This document shows positions 9,395 through 18,700 of a DNA stretch of 64,000 nucleotides, piece after piece. The notes under the pieces were generated by a model that was not told where the DNA came from, did no database searches, and saw only the letters and a program-made list of their open reading frames with translations. A program made the translations under genes and the position numbers. The stretch comes from Sphingobacteriaceae bacterium (lineage in GTDB: Bacteria; Bacteroidota; Bacteroidia; UBA7662), in contig PNNG01000027.1 of assembly GCA_013824115.1 (NCBI GenBank), positions 20,425 through 84,424 on the forward strand, read 5' to 3'. Within the stretch, counting starts at the first letter, position 1; each line of letters starts with the position of its first letter.

Positions 9395-12004
9395 TTATTG
9401 CTTTATCCACTTCTTCACCGATTTGCCCGATTTTGTTTCTCCCTCTATCAGGTAGATGCCAGGCGCCAGGTTTTCTAGCGACAGTTCCCATTGTAGTTGC
9501 TGCTCGGTTTGTACCTGCTTTAAGGTACGTCCCTGTAAATCGAGCACACGGATGCTCGAAAGAGGCTGCTGCGAACGTATTTTTAGCCATGTACTGCCCG
9601 GATTGGGGAAAATTTCCCAGTCGGCAGTGCCAAAACTTGGAATACCCGTTGCTGCCGAACCAGAAACCAATAAATCGCCAATGTAGAGGTTGCCACCAAA
9701 ATCGTTGATGCTTCGGAAGCGAACTTGGCAACCCTCTTGTAAAAATGGACTGAAGCCGCTGAAGCTAAAGTGCCGCCAGTGGCTGCTGTCGCTGGGCACG
9801 TTGCCAGCCGCATAGGTACGCATGCTGTCGCCCCCGCTGTAATAGAGGATTTGCGACTGCCTGCCACAATCGCATTCGAGCGATACGCGCAAACTGTCGC
9901 GGAAGGAGCTGTTGCGATTGCGATAGGCCAGTTTGAAGCTGATTTCGTTGATGGCGCCGTAGTTGGGGTTGATACTCACAAAGCTGCGGGTGAGTAAATC
10001 GTCTTGCTGGCGTTGGCGCACAGCATAAGCCGTGTGTTTCATCACAAATGCCTTGTTATCGCGTTGTAATCCCCCTACCGAAGCGGTGTCCCAAGTGATG
10101 TCGTCGGCAGTGCGGTCGACGATTTGCACCAAACTATCGCGCACAAATTGGTTGGCGGGCACAGGGAAGTAGGCCGACCAGCCTGGGCGTGGACTGCTGG
10201 TATCGCGGGGAGTTACGAAAAAGCGAACCGAGCGAAAGTTGTTGATTTCGTCTATTTCCTGGTTTTGGCCAGGTATGCGGAGTTCGATTTGCAGCTCGTT
10301 CCATCCGTTTTTGTAAGCCAACGGGCCCGCAAATAAGTTGGCGCTTTGCTGGGGTGCCAAATTTACAGGCAGCAAGGAACTTTGCCAGGCTGCACCATTA
10401 AGTGAGTAGCGCAGTTGCACCATGGGTATGATGCTATCTCCTAAATTCAAAGCTGAAAAATAAAGTGTTAAGCCGTTTATATGGTCTTCGGCACAAATGG
10501 TATTGTTAGCAGGCAAGCTCACAGCACCTACTGCAAGATCAGGACCGCTGCGGGCTGGGGTGGGTGTGTGACGAAGGGCTAAATAATTGTAAGCCGCTAA
10601 CACATCAATTCTTCCCCGTCCGAAGGTATTGTCTTCACCCGGGTCGCCCATGTCGATGGCCGAAATATACAGGGCGTACAGCAAGCTGTCGCCACCGAGT
10701 TGGGGGAAGGCTTCTTTGAGCAACACCACGGCGCCCGACACGTGCGGACAACTCATGCTGGTGCCCGAAAGGCTGCCGTAGCCTGTTTTGCCTAATGCTG
10801 AACGCACGTTCACGCCCGGAGCTACCACTTCGGGTTTGATGAGCAGGCTGCCTGTTTGTCCACACAAACTGGGCCCTCTGCTCGAAAAGCCGGCAATGGG
10901 CAGGGCTGCGTTGTTGCCGTCGATAGCGCCGATGGAAAAGATGTTCACATCGCTCGTATTTACAAATTGCGGGTGCTTCACCGTAGCTGGCCCAGGACCT
11001 TCATTTCCCGCCGAAAAGGTGATGGCCACGCCTGCAGCTTCCACCATATTGAATATTTGGGTAGCCCAGCTCACGCAAATGGTGGTGTCGGGGCCGCCCG
11101 CTTGTCCCCAGCTGTTGTTGATCACATCAGGAATATCACTCACGGTGCTGGTATCGCCATCGGGATTCATAGCCCATTCGAAGCTCATCAAATTGATGCT
11201 CAGCGGCGTGAGGTTGCTGTGCGTAAGCGGATTGGATGCCATGAAATAGGCATTAAAGGCAACACCAATGGTATCGCGTGTGGCCGTATCGAGCCCGAGA
11301 ATGGTGCCGTTTACATGGGTACCGTGGTGCGAAGGCCGATCGACGGGGAAATTGCTTTCGAGGCTGAACCAACCTTCGTTTAATGGACGGTGGTTACCCA
11401 AAAATCTCCGTGCCAGAGCCGGGTGATCGGTCCAGGTGCCGGTATCTACCGTAAAAGCTTTGCGGTTTCTGCCTGTATAGCCCATGGCCCACAAGGCAGG
11501 TGCATTGATCACATTCAGGCCAGGTTCCCGGCCATTGGCTACCTCAGGCGTTTCGATCGCTTTTGCTTCAATGGGCTCAACCAAGCCAGTCATATAACTT
11601 TCATCGGCGAACATCCAAAATATTTCCGTTTCGCGCTGCAGTGCTGGTACCAAAGCGAGGGGCATGTCCACCAAAACCACATTGGCAATCCAATACGCAT
11701 GAGTAATGGTGATTTCAGGATACTTATTGGTAATTTTGTCCAAAAACGGCTTTTGGTGCCTTTCCTGCAATTCCAAGGCCCTGCGAATTACGACCCTGGC
11801 GCGCTGTTCTGCGGTCATTCCAGCCGCGGCCATATCGTACTTCAATTGCAGTGCATTTATTTGCTCGTGCAGTAGCAATCCAATGCGGATATTGCCTTTT
11901 TCGCCCCGCTGTAACTTGGCCTCAAGCTCGGGATGCAACCAGGCTTGCTGGGCTTGGGAAAATGAACAAAAGAATAGAAATGACAGGAAAAGGAGCTTAC
12001 GCAT
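9395..12004 (-). CDS. S8 subtilisin-family serine peptidase with T9SS type A sorting domain
   Basis: Catalytic triad motifs VDTG, HGTHV and GTSMSCPHV; signal peptide; C-terminal IFPNP...GIYLI..KKWIK. Confidence 0.92.
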   Translation of the reverse strand: MRKLLFLSFLFFCSFSQAQQAWLHPELEAKLQRGEKGNIRIGLLLHEQINALQLKYDMAAAGMTAEQRARVVIRRALELQERHQKPFLDKITNKYPEITITHAYWIANVVLVDMPLALVPALQRETEIFWMFADESYMTGLVEPIEAKAIETPEVANGREPGLNVINAPALWAMGYTGRNRKAFTVDTGTWTDHPALARRFLGNHRPLNEGWFSLESNFPVDRPSHHGTHVNGTILGLDTATRDTIGVAFNAYFMASNPLTHSNLTPLSINLMSFEWAMNPDGDTSTVSDIPDVINNSWGQAGGPDTTICVSWATQIFNMVEAAGVAITFSAGNEGPGPATVKHPQFVNTSDVNIFSIGAIDGNNAALPIAGFSSRGPSLCGQTGSLLIKPEVVAPGVNVRSALGKTGYGSLSGTSMSCPHVSGAVVLLKEAFPQLGGDSLLYALYISAIDMGDPGEDNTFGRGRIDVLAAYNYLALRHTPTPARSGPDLAVGAVSLPANNTICAEDHINGLTLYFSALNLGDSIIPMVQLRYSLNGAAWQSSLLPVNLAPQQSANLFAGPLAYKNGWNELQIELRIPGQNQEIDEINNFRSVRFFVTPRDTSSPRPGWSAYFPVPANQFVRDSLVQIVDRTADDITWDTASVGGLQRDNKAFVMKHTAYAVRQRQQDDLLTRSFVSINPNYGAINEISFKLAYRNRNSSFRDSLRVSLECDCGRQSQILYYSGGDSMRTYAAGNVPSDSSHWRHFSFSGFSPFLQEGCQVRFRSINDFGGNLYIGDLLVSGSAATGIPSFGTADWEIFPNPGSTWLKIRSQQPLSSIRVLDLQGRTLKQVQTEQQLQWELSLENLAPGIYLIEGETKSGKSVKKWIKQ

Positions 12005-12005
12005 C

Positions 12006-14663
12006 TTATTGCTTTACAAATCGTTGAACAATGGGGCCTTGGGCACTGCTAGCTACCAAGAGGTAAGTGCCTGCGGGTAATTTCGAAATATCGAGCTGCC
12101 CACCTTGGTTACCTGAATCTGGGCGTTGAGAGAGCAGGGTACGACCTATTAGATCGGTCACCTTTAACTCCGTGATATCGACTTGCGTTTCGTAGGTCAA
12201 TCGCGTGCTGGCAGGGTTGGGATAGATCCTCATTCCCTGTTTGGCGGTAAGTTCACTTAGTGACATACCTTGGTCGAGATAGCTGATGTTGGTAATGTAG
12301 AGATTGCCTCCAAAGTCGTTTTTAGTAACGAACTTCAGGAAAACTGCAGAATTGCCACTGATGGGCTGCAGTGCAGGGTGATCAACCGCTACCGAGCGCC
12401 AGTGCTCAGGTAAAGTGGGATTTACGCCCTGAAAAGTGCGCATGCTGTCGCCACCGGTGGTGTAAACGCGGGTATAGCTGAGGCCACAATCCCAGGAAAC
12501 AAAGATGGAAAGCGAATCGCGGAAGGTGCCTGTGCGTGGACCATAAGCCATTTGGAATTGGAGGAAAGGACGGGCTGCACTGCCGGGATTCATAGGAGGG
12601 AAATGCAGGGGCGGACTGATAAGCTCATCGAGCTGACCCTGGCGCACAGCCATTTCACGCATACGTACCCCGGCAGCAAAGTTGGTGCTGGAGGCACCTT
12701 GAACGGGATAAAATTGCCAGCTGCGGTCATCACCGCTGAGGTCGCGTATAGTCCAATCGGTCAGCGCTGCTTGTCCGGCCTGACGCGTAGTGTCAAAACG
12801 CTCAATCAGTGGCAGGTTTTGGCCATCGCGGGTGGGGAATTCCAAGAGCCAACGGTTGTTGAACAAATCGGTTTCAACCAGATTTTGTAGCGGTTTCACT
12901 TCTAAACGCAGTTGATTGGGCAATGCTGCGCCCGAAGTGGTTAAAGCCAGAAGCGGTGTAGTAATGGTCATTTGCTGGCGGGGAAGCAATGTTTGATTCA
13001 CCACTACCGAATCGCGGCTATTACCAGCCAATTCATAAATGAGTTTGAAGCCAGTTACCGCGCTGTCACCCACATTTTGCACCCGCACTCTGAAACGCTG
13101 GCGGCTGATTTGGGGGATTTGTCCCGAGCAATCTTGTCCCAATTGGTGGGTAGCCGGACTATCAACCCCTGCAATGGCCAAATCGTAAGCCCTGCTGGCA
13201 GGTGCTGCTGGAGTATGACTGGATGCCAGGAAATTGAAAGCGGCAGGCAAGTTAATTACCCCACGACCAAATACATTGTCTTCGCCCGGGTCGCCCAAAT
13301 CAACGGCTGTTTGATAAAGTGCATTGAGTAATTGTCGGCCTGAGAGCTGTGGAAAAGCCTCTTTCAGCAATAAAACAGCACCACTCACATGCGGAGCCGC
13401 CATGCTGGTGCCCGATTTGGTGCCGTAGCCCGTGCGTCCGTCGGCCGAACGAACATTCACCCCGGGTGCAGATACTTCGGGTTTGATAGCAAAAGAGCCA
13501 CCGGGCGTGGGGCAGGTGGTAGGTCCGCGACTTGAAAAGCCAGCAATAGGTAAAGAAGCGTTGTTGCCATCCAAGGCGCCTACAGCAAACAGATTGAGGG
13601 TATCGAGCACCAATTGAGCCGGCACACCCCCCGTAGAAACGCCGGGTCCGTTGTTGCCAGCCGAAAATACATTGGCAATGCCAGCTGCTTCAACCGCTGA
13701 AAAGGCCTGAACCACCATCGGGTGGCCGCAAAGCGAATCTTGCCCAGTATTGGCACGGCCCCAGCTGTTGTTAATCACATCGGGGATGTCGTTGGTGGTG
13801 CTGGTATCGCCATCGGGATTGATGGCCCATTGGAAGGCACGAATCAGTTCAGTCCAAGGCTTTACTTGAGAAATATCGGTTACAATGGGGTCTGTGGCGA
13901 TGAAGTAGGCACCAAAAGCAACGCCAATGGTGTCGTTGGTAGCCGTGTCGAGGCCCAATACGGTACCAATGACGTGGGTTCCGTGGTTGCCGGTTTTGTC
14001 GCGAGGGCTTGGTTCGTCATAACCCAGCCAGGTAGATTGCAGGCCTTGGCGCTTTCCTAAAAACTGGCCTTGAATGGCAGGATGCTCGGGCCAAACACCG
14101 GTATCAACCAGCATGGCTTTGCGTGAGCGACCGGTATAGCCCATGCGCCAGAGGGTAGGAGCGCCAATCACCGTGAGGCCGGGTTCACGGCCGTTGGCTA
14201 CTTCCGGGGCTTCGGTGCCGGCGATGGGGGCTTCGAAGCCTATTTCGAAGGCATCGCTGCGTTCTATTTCTGCAATTTCGGTTTGTTGTTGCAACCAAGC
14301 GATGGCTTTGGTATCGGCTTCCATTTCGAGCATGTTTACCAACCAGTACGATTGAACAACGTGAAAGTGCTGTTCGGCAATTGATTGCTGCATTTTTTCA
14401 ATCAGCCTCAGTTGCTGTTGCTGTAAAGCCATGCCTTTGCGCATCAGCCATTGCGCCCGTTCGGAAAGCGGGGTAAATTGCCTTTCGAATGCCAACATCT
14501 GCTGGTAGGCCGGCAATTGATCTTTGAAAACGAGGGTAATGCGGTGTTTATGGGCACTGCCGCTTTCTACCAACGCAGAAGACAGTTTGGGGCCGAGTAT
14601 GGCTTGTGCGTTGACCACACCTACCGAGAGCAAACAAAACAACAGGATATAGCGCTTCATCAT
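12006..14663 (-). CDS. S8 subtilisin-family serine peptidase with T9SS type A sorting domain (tandem paralog)
   Basis: VDTG, HGTHV and GTSMAAPHV; C-terminal IYPNP...GTYLL..RFVK. Confidence 0.92.
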   Translation of the reverse strand: MMKRYILLFCLLSVGVVNAQAILGPKLSSALVESGSAHKHRITLVFKDQLPAYQQMLAFERQFTPLSERAQWLMRKGMALQQQQLRLIEKMQQSIAEQHFHVVQSYWLVNMLEMEADTKAIAWLQQQTEIAEIERSDAFEIGFEAPIAGTEAPEVANGREPGLTVIGAPTLWRMGYTGRSRKAMLVDTGVWPEHPAIQGQFLGKRQGLQSTWLGYDEPSPRDKTGNHGTHVIGTVLGLDTATNDTIGVAFGAYFIATDPIVTDISQVKPWTELIRAFQWAINPDGDTSTTNDIPDVINNSWGRANTGQDSLCGHPMVVQAFSAVEAAGIANVFSAGNNGPGVSTGGVPAQLVLDTLNLFAVGALDGNNASLPIAGFSSRGPTTCPTPGGSFAIKPEVSAPGVNVRSADGRTGYGTKSGTSMAAPHVSGAVLLLKEAFPQLSGRQLLNALYQTAVDLGDPGEDNVFGRGVINLPAAFNFLASSHTPAAPASRAYDLAIAGVDSPATHQLGQDCSGQIPQISRQRFRVRVQNVGDSAVTGFKLIYELAGNSRDSVVVNQTLLPRQQMTITTPLLALTTSGAALPNQLRLEVKPLQNLVETDLFNNRWLLEFPTRDGQNLPLIERFDTTRQAGQAALTDWTIRDLSGDDRSWQFYPVQGASSTNFAAGVRMREMAVRQGQLDELISPPLHFPPMNPGSAARPFLQFQMAYGPRTGTFRDSLSIFVSWDCGLSYTRVYTTGGDSMRTFQGVNPTLPEHWRSVAVDHPALQPISGNSAVFLKFVTKNDFGGNLYITNISYLDQGMSLSELTAKQGMRIYPNPASTRLTYETQVDITELKVTDLIGRTLLSQRPDSGNQGGQLDISKLPAGTYLLVASSAQGPIVQRFVKQ

Positions 14664-14705
14664 ATATGATTGAAGCCTAAAAGATACAAAAGCTTTCGCT
14701 GAATT

Positions 14706-14999
14706 TTAATGCGAGAGCATGGTACAATCGCTTATAACGACCATTCCACCCACTTTTTGCACAAATTGACGCAATGGTTCCTTCAAATTTTCCCATTGAT
14801 CCTCGTTGCAAATCCAAATGAGCATGCTGTTTTTGAAAGCTTCTGTCAATCCATCGGCATTGCGATCGCCCCGTTCGCCTTTTCCTCGAACTTCGGGAAT
14901 GAGGGTGTAACCCAAGGCTCCGGCTTTTTCAATGAGCCGAATGACCTCTCGCATATCGTATGCGCCAGTGATGATTTCTACGCGTTTGGCTTTTTCCAT
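14706..14999 (-). CDS. sbtB: PII-like protein, SbtB type
   Basis: KRVEII...GYTLIPEVRGKGERG PII-like pattern, directly downstream of an SbtA-family gene. Confidence 0.8.
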   Translation of the reverse strand: MEKAKRVEIITGAYDMREVIRLIEKAGALGYTLIPEVRGKGERGDRNADGLTEAFKNSMLIWICNEDQWENLKEPLRQFVQKVGGMVVISDCTMLSH

Positions 15000-15009
15000 G
15001 AGGGGTAAT

Positions 15010-15972
15010 TTATCGGAACCAGAGAACTAACTGCATGTAGAGGGGGAGTCCCACCACGATGTTGAACGGAAAGGTAATGGCCAGTGCCATGGGCACATAT
15101 AGACCCGGATTGGCCTCCGGAATCGACATGCGCATGGCAGCCGGAACGGCAATGTAGGAGGCGCTGGCAGCCAAGACGGCCATCAAATAGGTATTTCCGA
15201 TGCTCAATCCCAGCCAACCACCCAACAAAGCTGCGAGGGTGGCATTGAATAAAGGCAGCACAATGCCGAATACCCAAGGGAACCAGCCTGCTTTCGACAA
15301 AGCCCTAAAGCGGCGACCCGCCAACAAACCCATATCGAGCAGGAAGAAGGCCAAAAAGCCTTTGAAGATGTCGTTGGTGAAGGGCAGGAGGCCTTCCACG
15401 GCCGCATCGGGTGAGGCAATACCGATGAGCAAGCTGCCCAAAACCAATACCACCGATCCATTTGTCAGGGCTTCATGCCATATTTTGCCGGTGCTGATGG
15501 GCTGGTCGGTTTTGCGGTATTTCTGAAACAACATCACCCCCAAAATGATGGCAGGCGACTCCATGATAGCCAACATGGCTACCATAAAGCCATCGTATTG
15601 AACAGCTTGCTCGTTGAGGTAGCTGCTGGCAGTGATGAATGTCACGGCGCTCACCGAGCCAAAAGTAGCGGCAATGGCGGCGGCATCGGGCAACGAAAAC
15701 TTGCGTTTGAGAATAAAAAACGCATAAAGAGGCACCAGGCACGAAAAGCCAATGGCCAACATGAGCAATTTACCAAATTCTGCAGATACCCCTCCGTGAC
15801 CCAATTCCACACCTCCCTTCAAGCCAATGGCGAAAAGCAGGTAAAGCGATAAAAACTTACTGATGGGTTGGGGGATTTCTAAATCGGAGCGCATGGCAAT
15901 GGCCAGCAGACCCAGAAAGAAAAACAGGATAGGGGGGTTGAGTAAATTTTGCTGAAGCAGGGCAATAGACAT
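15010..15972 (-). CDS. sbtA: Sodium-dependent bicarbonate transport family permease (SbtA/DUF897)
   Basis: Polytopic membrane protein with LYLLFAIGLKGG, FGSVSAVTF, MESPAI, ASASYIAVPAAMR and ITFPFNI. Confidence 0.85.
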   Translation of the reverse strand: MSIALLQQNLLNPPILFFFLGLLAIAMRSDLEIPQPISKFLSLYLLFAIGLKGGVELGHGGVSAEFGKLLMLAIGFSCLVPLYAFFILKRKFSLPDAAAIAATFGSVSAVTFITASSYLNEQAVQYDGFMVAMLAIMESPAIILGVMLFQKYRKTDQPISTGKIWHEALTNGSVVLVLGSLLIGIASPDAAVEGLLPFTNDIFKGFLAFFLLDMGLLAGRRFRALSKAGWFPWVFGIVLPLFNATLAALLGGWLGLSIGNTYLMAVLAASASYIAVPAAMRMSIPEANPGLYVPMALAITFPFNIVVGLPLYMQLVLWFR

Positions 15973-16037
15973 CGGCAGGCAAAATCGGGTTAGGGGATGA
16001 AGATAAGCGGCGACTTCGGTTCGACCAAAAAGGGCAC

Positions 16038-16064
16038 AAAAAATCCCGGCTGTTCACCGGGATT
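16038..16064 (-). terminator. Intrinsic terminator after fsa
   Basis: Minus strand AATCCCGG-loop-CCGGGATT followed by a T-run. Confidence 0.7.
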
Positions 16065-16070
16065 GTTTTT

Positions 16071-16727
16071 TTAACCGTTGGCCTTGGCGTGGTCGGCCAG
16101 GAATTGGGCCAGACCTTTGTCGGTCAAGGGGTGGTTGAGCAGGCCAGTGATGGCGCTGAGTGGACAGGTAACCACATGGGCACCAGCCTCGGCGCACTTT
16201 ACAATGTGCAGGCTATTGCGTACCGAAGCCGCCAATACCTGTGTTTCAAAACCCTGGATGTCGTAAATGTCTACAATCTGTTGGATGAGTTCGATGCCGT
16301 CGAAACTGATGTCATCTAGTCGGCCAATGAAGGGAGAGATAAAGGTAGCACCGGCTTTGGCAGCGATGATGGCTTGGCCTGCGCTGAAAATCAAGGTGCA
16401 ATTGGTACGGATGCCTTTATCGGTGAAATAGCGAATGGCTTTGATGCCGTCTTTGATCATGGGTACTTTCACCACAATTTTATCATCAATGGCAGCCAAT
16501 TTCTCGCCTTCGCGGATCATGCCTTCGTAGTCGGTGCTGATCACTTCGGCACTCACATTGTCGTCTACGATGTCGCAAATGGCTTTGTAGTGGTTCAGGA
16601 TGTTTTGCTCGCCCGATATGCCTTCCTTGGCCATGAGGCTGGGATTGGTGGTTACCCCGTCGAGTACGCCCAAGGCGTGCGCTTCACGAATTTGGTCGAG
16701 ATTGGCGGTATCGATGAAAAACTGCAT
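16071..16727 (-). CDS. fsa: Transaldolase / fructose-6-phosphate aldolase (TalC/Fsa family)
   Basis: FFIDTAN, GVTTNPSL, VVKVP, NCTLIFS, SPFIGRLDD and LAASVR. Confidence 0.93.
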   Translation of the reverse strand: MQFFIDTANLDQIREAHALGVLDGVTTNPSLMAKEGISGEQNILNHYKAICDIVDDNVSAEVISTDYEGMIREGEKLAAIDDKIVVKVPMIKDGIKAIRYFTDKGIRTNCTLIFSAGQAIIAAKAGATFISPFIGRLDDISFDGIELIQQIVDIYDIQGFETQVLAASVRNSLHIVKCAEAGAHVVTCPLSAITGLLNHPLTDKGLAQFLADHAKANG

Positions 16728-16762
16728 GCTTATGTATGGTTGAATTTTTTGGCAATAAAAAA

Positions 16763-16860
16763 AGGGTAAGCTACTTGCATCGCACCGCTACAACCACCTA
16801 CCCTTGCTGTATTCCTACCCTGGGGGATTTAGCAGGAGCTGGTCGTACAAGACTTACCCT
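16763..16860 (-). ncRNA. ffs: Signal recognition particle 4.5S RNA (small bacterial SRP)
   Basis: Minus strand contains the helix-8 core CCAGG-GTA-GGAA-TAC-AGCAAGG; the ends AGGGTAAG...CTTACCCT pair; T-run after; TACCTTTG promoter before. Confidence 0.9.
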
Positions 16861-16866
16861 CGGCCG

Positions 16867-16874
16867 CAAAGGTA
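16867..16874 (-). promoter_or_regulatory. -7 promoter element of ffs
   Basis: TACCTTTG 6 nt upstream of the SRP RNA closing stem. Confidence 0.75.
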
Positions 16875-16950
16875 AGGCTAATTTTGTTTGATGCAGCGAG
16901 GCGTTTGAAAAAGCTTCATTAGGGTGTTGAGCAGCATGATTTGATAAAAA

Positions 16951-17015
16951 ATGTAAAACAAACCATACAAAATGTAAATTAAACTTGTCTATATGTAAAG
17001 TATGTTTTACGTTTG
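16951..17015 (+). promoter_or_regulatory. Triple ATGTAAA operator-like array with overlapping -7 promoter
   Basis: ATGTAAA at 16951, 16972 and 16993 (21-bp period); TACGTTTG at 17008-17015. Confidence 0.6.
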
Positions 17016-17035
17016 CTGCATCAAATCTTAACCAC

Positions 17036-17491
17036 ATGAAAACATTCCTTTTTCCTGCAGCTGCCAAACACTGGGCTTGGTTGGTACTGCTTCCTTCTTT
17101 ATCTCTGGGCTTGGCCAATATGTATTGGGATTACGACTTGGCATTTCTCAGTTTCAAAAGCACCCAACTAGCACGTTTGTACGACGATGGCATCTTTTCG
17201 GGCAATATGAATTTTACCGATGAATTGGCCGCCATTGGCATGATTGTCGGCTTGATGCTGATGGGCTTTTCGGCCGAAAGGGTGGAAGATGAGTTTACTT
17301 CGGCCTTGCGTTTGAAAGCCTTGAGTTGGGCGGTTTGGTGCCACTTCATCGTGCTCAGCCTGGCCATTCTGCTGGTGCACAGTGCCGCCTTTTACCATGC
17401 CTTGGTGTACAACATGTTCACCGTTTTGATTCTCTTTCGCCTGCGCTTCAGTTATTTGATCTGGAAAAACAACCGGGAGGCCGAGGCATGA
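17036..17491 (+). CDS. Small multi-pass membrane protein, co-transcribed with an XRE regulator
   Basis: About four hydrophobic segments and an ERVEDEF..LRLKAL motif; stop overlaps the next ATG (ATGA). Confidence 0.75.
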   Translation: MKTFLFPAAAKHWAWLVLLPSLSLGLANMYWDYDLAFLSFKSTQLARLYDDGIFSGNMNFTDELAAIGMIVGLMLMGFSAERVEDEFTSALRLKALSWAVWCHFIVLSLAILLVHSAAFYHALVYNMFTVLILFRLRFSYLIWKNNREAEA

Positions 17492-17694
17492 AAAACCAAC
17501 TGCGTCCTTTACGCCAGCTCGCCAACCTCACCCAGCAGGAATTGGCCGAGCGGGTTCAGGTATCGCGACAAACCATTGTGTCGATAGAAAGCGGCAAATA
17601 TGTGCCTTCCACCGTTTTGGCGCTCAAATTGGCCGATAAGCTGGGCTGCTCCGTAGCCGATTTGTTTGTGCTGGAGAGCGACGATTGGAAGTGA
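17488..17694 (+). CDS. XRE/Cro family helix-turn-helix transcriptional regulator
   Basis: MKNQLRPLRQLANLTQQELAERVQVSRQTIVSIESGKYVPSTVLALKLA, 68 aa from ATG 17488. Confidence 0.92.
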   Translation: MKNQLRPLRQLANLTQQELAERVQVSRQTIVSIESGKYVPSTVLALKLADKLGCSVADLFVLESDDWK

Positions 17695-17837
17695 TTTCTA
17701 AGTATGCCTACAGCTAAGTAGGCTTAAAGGAATAAGTTATGACCAAAATTGGGTGTATTTCTATTTGAGCGATGCATTGAATTGCGATCCATGCTTTTTG
17801 CAGCTTGACAAGCAATGGCGGCCTATCATATATCCAA

Positions 17838-18422
17838 TCAAAGCCGGAAAATGAGTTTGGCATTCAAGCTTGCTTTGGAATATGCAGTGGAAAATCTTGA
17901 GTCGTTTCCACACATAAACCACTCGTCTGGATAATTTTTGGAGTCGAACAGGTATCGTGAGTGAATGTCAAACAGTCTTCCCGCTTCAACGGCTAAGCCA
18001 AGTTTGGGTGAAAAATGGAAAGTACGGCCTAATCGGGTATTAATGAAGAAATGATGGTATTCAAAGAAGTCAATTCGCCTGTTTAGGTAATTCATACCAG
18101 TGCTCAAATACCAGTTTTTTTGTGCGTATTTATTGTTTTGTCCCCAAAAATGGTAGGCCAGTGACCAACCAGCAGTTCTGCGGCTGTATCCAACGTTTTC
18201 ATTACCTCCGAGTATCAAACCTACTTGCCATTGTTTCATTTCCAAATTAAATCCAAGGTGGTATTGTTCAACCAAACCTGCTCCAATGCTTACATTCGCT
18301 TTGGTTTGGGCGAAAAGAGGAGTTCGTACGACTAATACTGCCAATGCTACAAAAAGCATCATGAGCATTCTTGAAGTAGTAAACCGATTTATAATGGCCA
18401 TGTATGGATAGATTACCTTCAC
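17838..18422 (-). CDS. Hypothetical exported, beta-strand-rich (outer-membrane-like) protein
   Basis: Signal-peptide-like segment then alternating aromatic/hydrophobic strands; more AT-rich than its flanks; the real start is probably downstream of 18422. Confidence 0.55.
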   Translation of the reverse strand: MKVIYPYMAIINRFTTSRMLMMLFVALAVLVVRTPLFAQTKANVSIGAGLVEQYHLGFNLEMKQWQVGLILGGNENVGYSRRTAGWSLAYHFWGQNNKYAQKNWYLSTGMNYLNRRIDFFEYHHFFINTRLGRTFHFSPKLGLAVEAGRLFDIHSRYLFDSKNYPDEWFMCGNDSRFSTAYSKASLNAKLIFRL

Positions 18423-18700
18423 CTTGTTCAGTAAAGGTATTGTTTAGTGTTTTAAAAACAAAATAATTGGCATAGACATATGAACACTCTGCTTAACTCA
18501 AAGTAACTCTAATTTCTCAGTAGGGTTAGCAAAAGCATGGATCTCAAATACCCATGACTTTGAAACTTTAGTTTCAACTTTTTAGCGTTCTGCCATTGCC
18601 AAACGTGTGATTGGCTCTGGCGTAGGAACTGAGAGGCGTTTTACTTTCCTTTTCACGCCTGCTTCCCGTATTTTTGGGCGAGTCGATTTAAACCTTCCCC

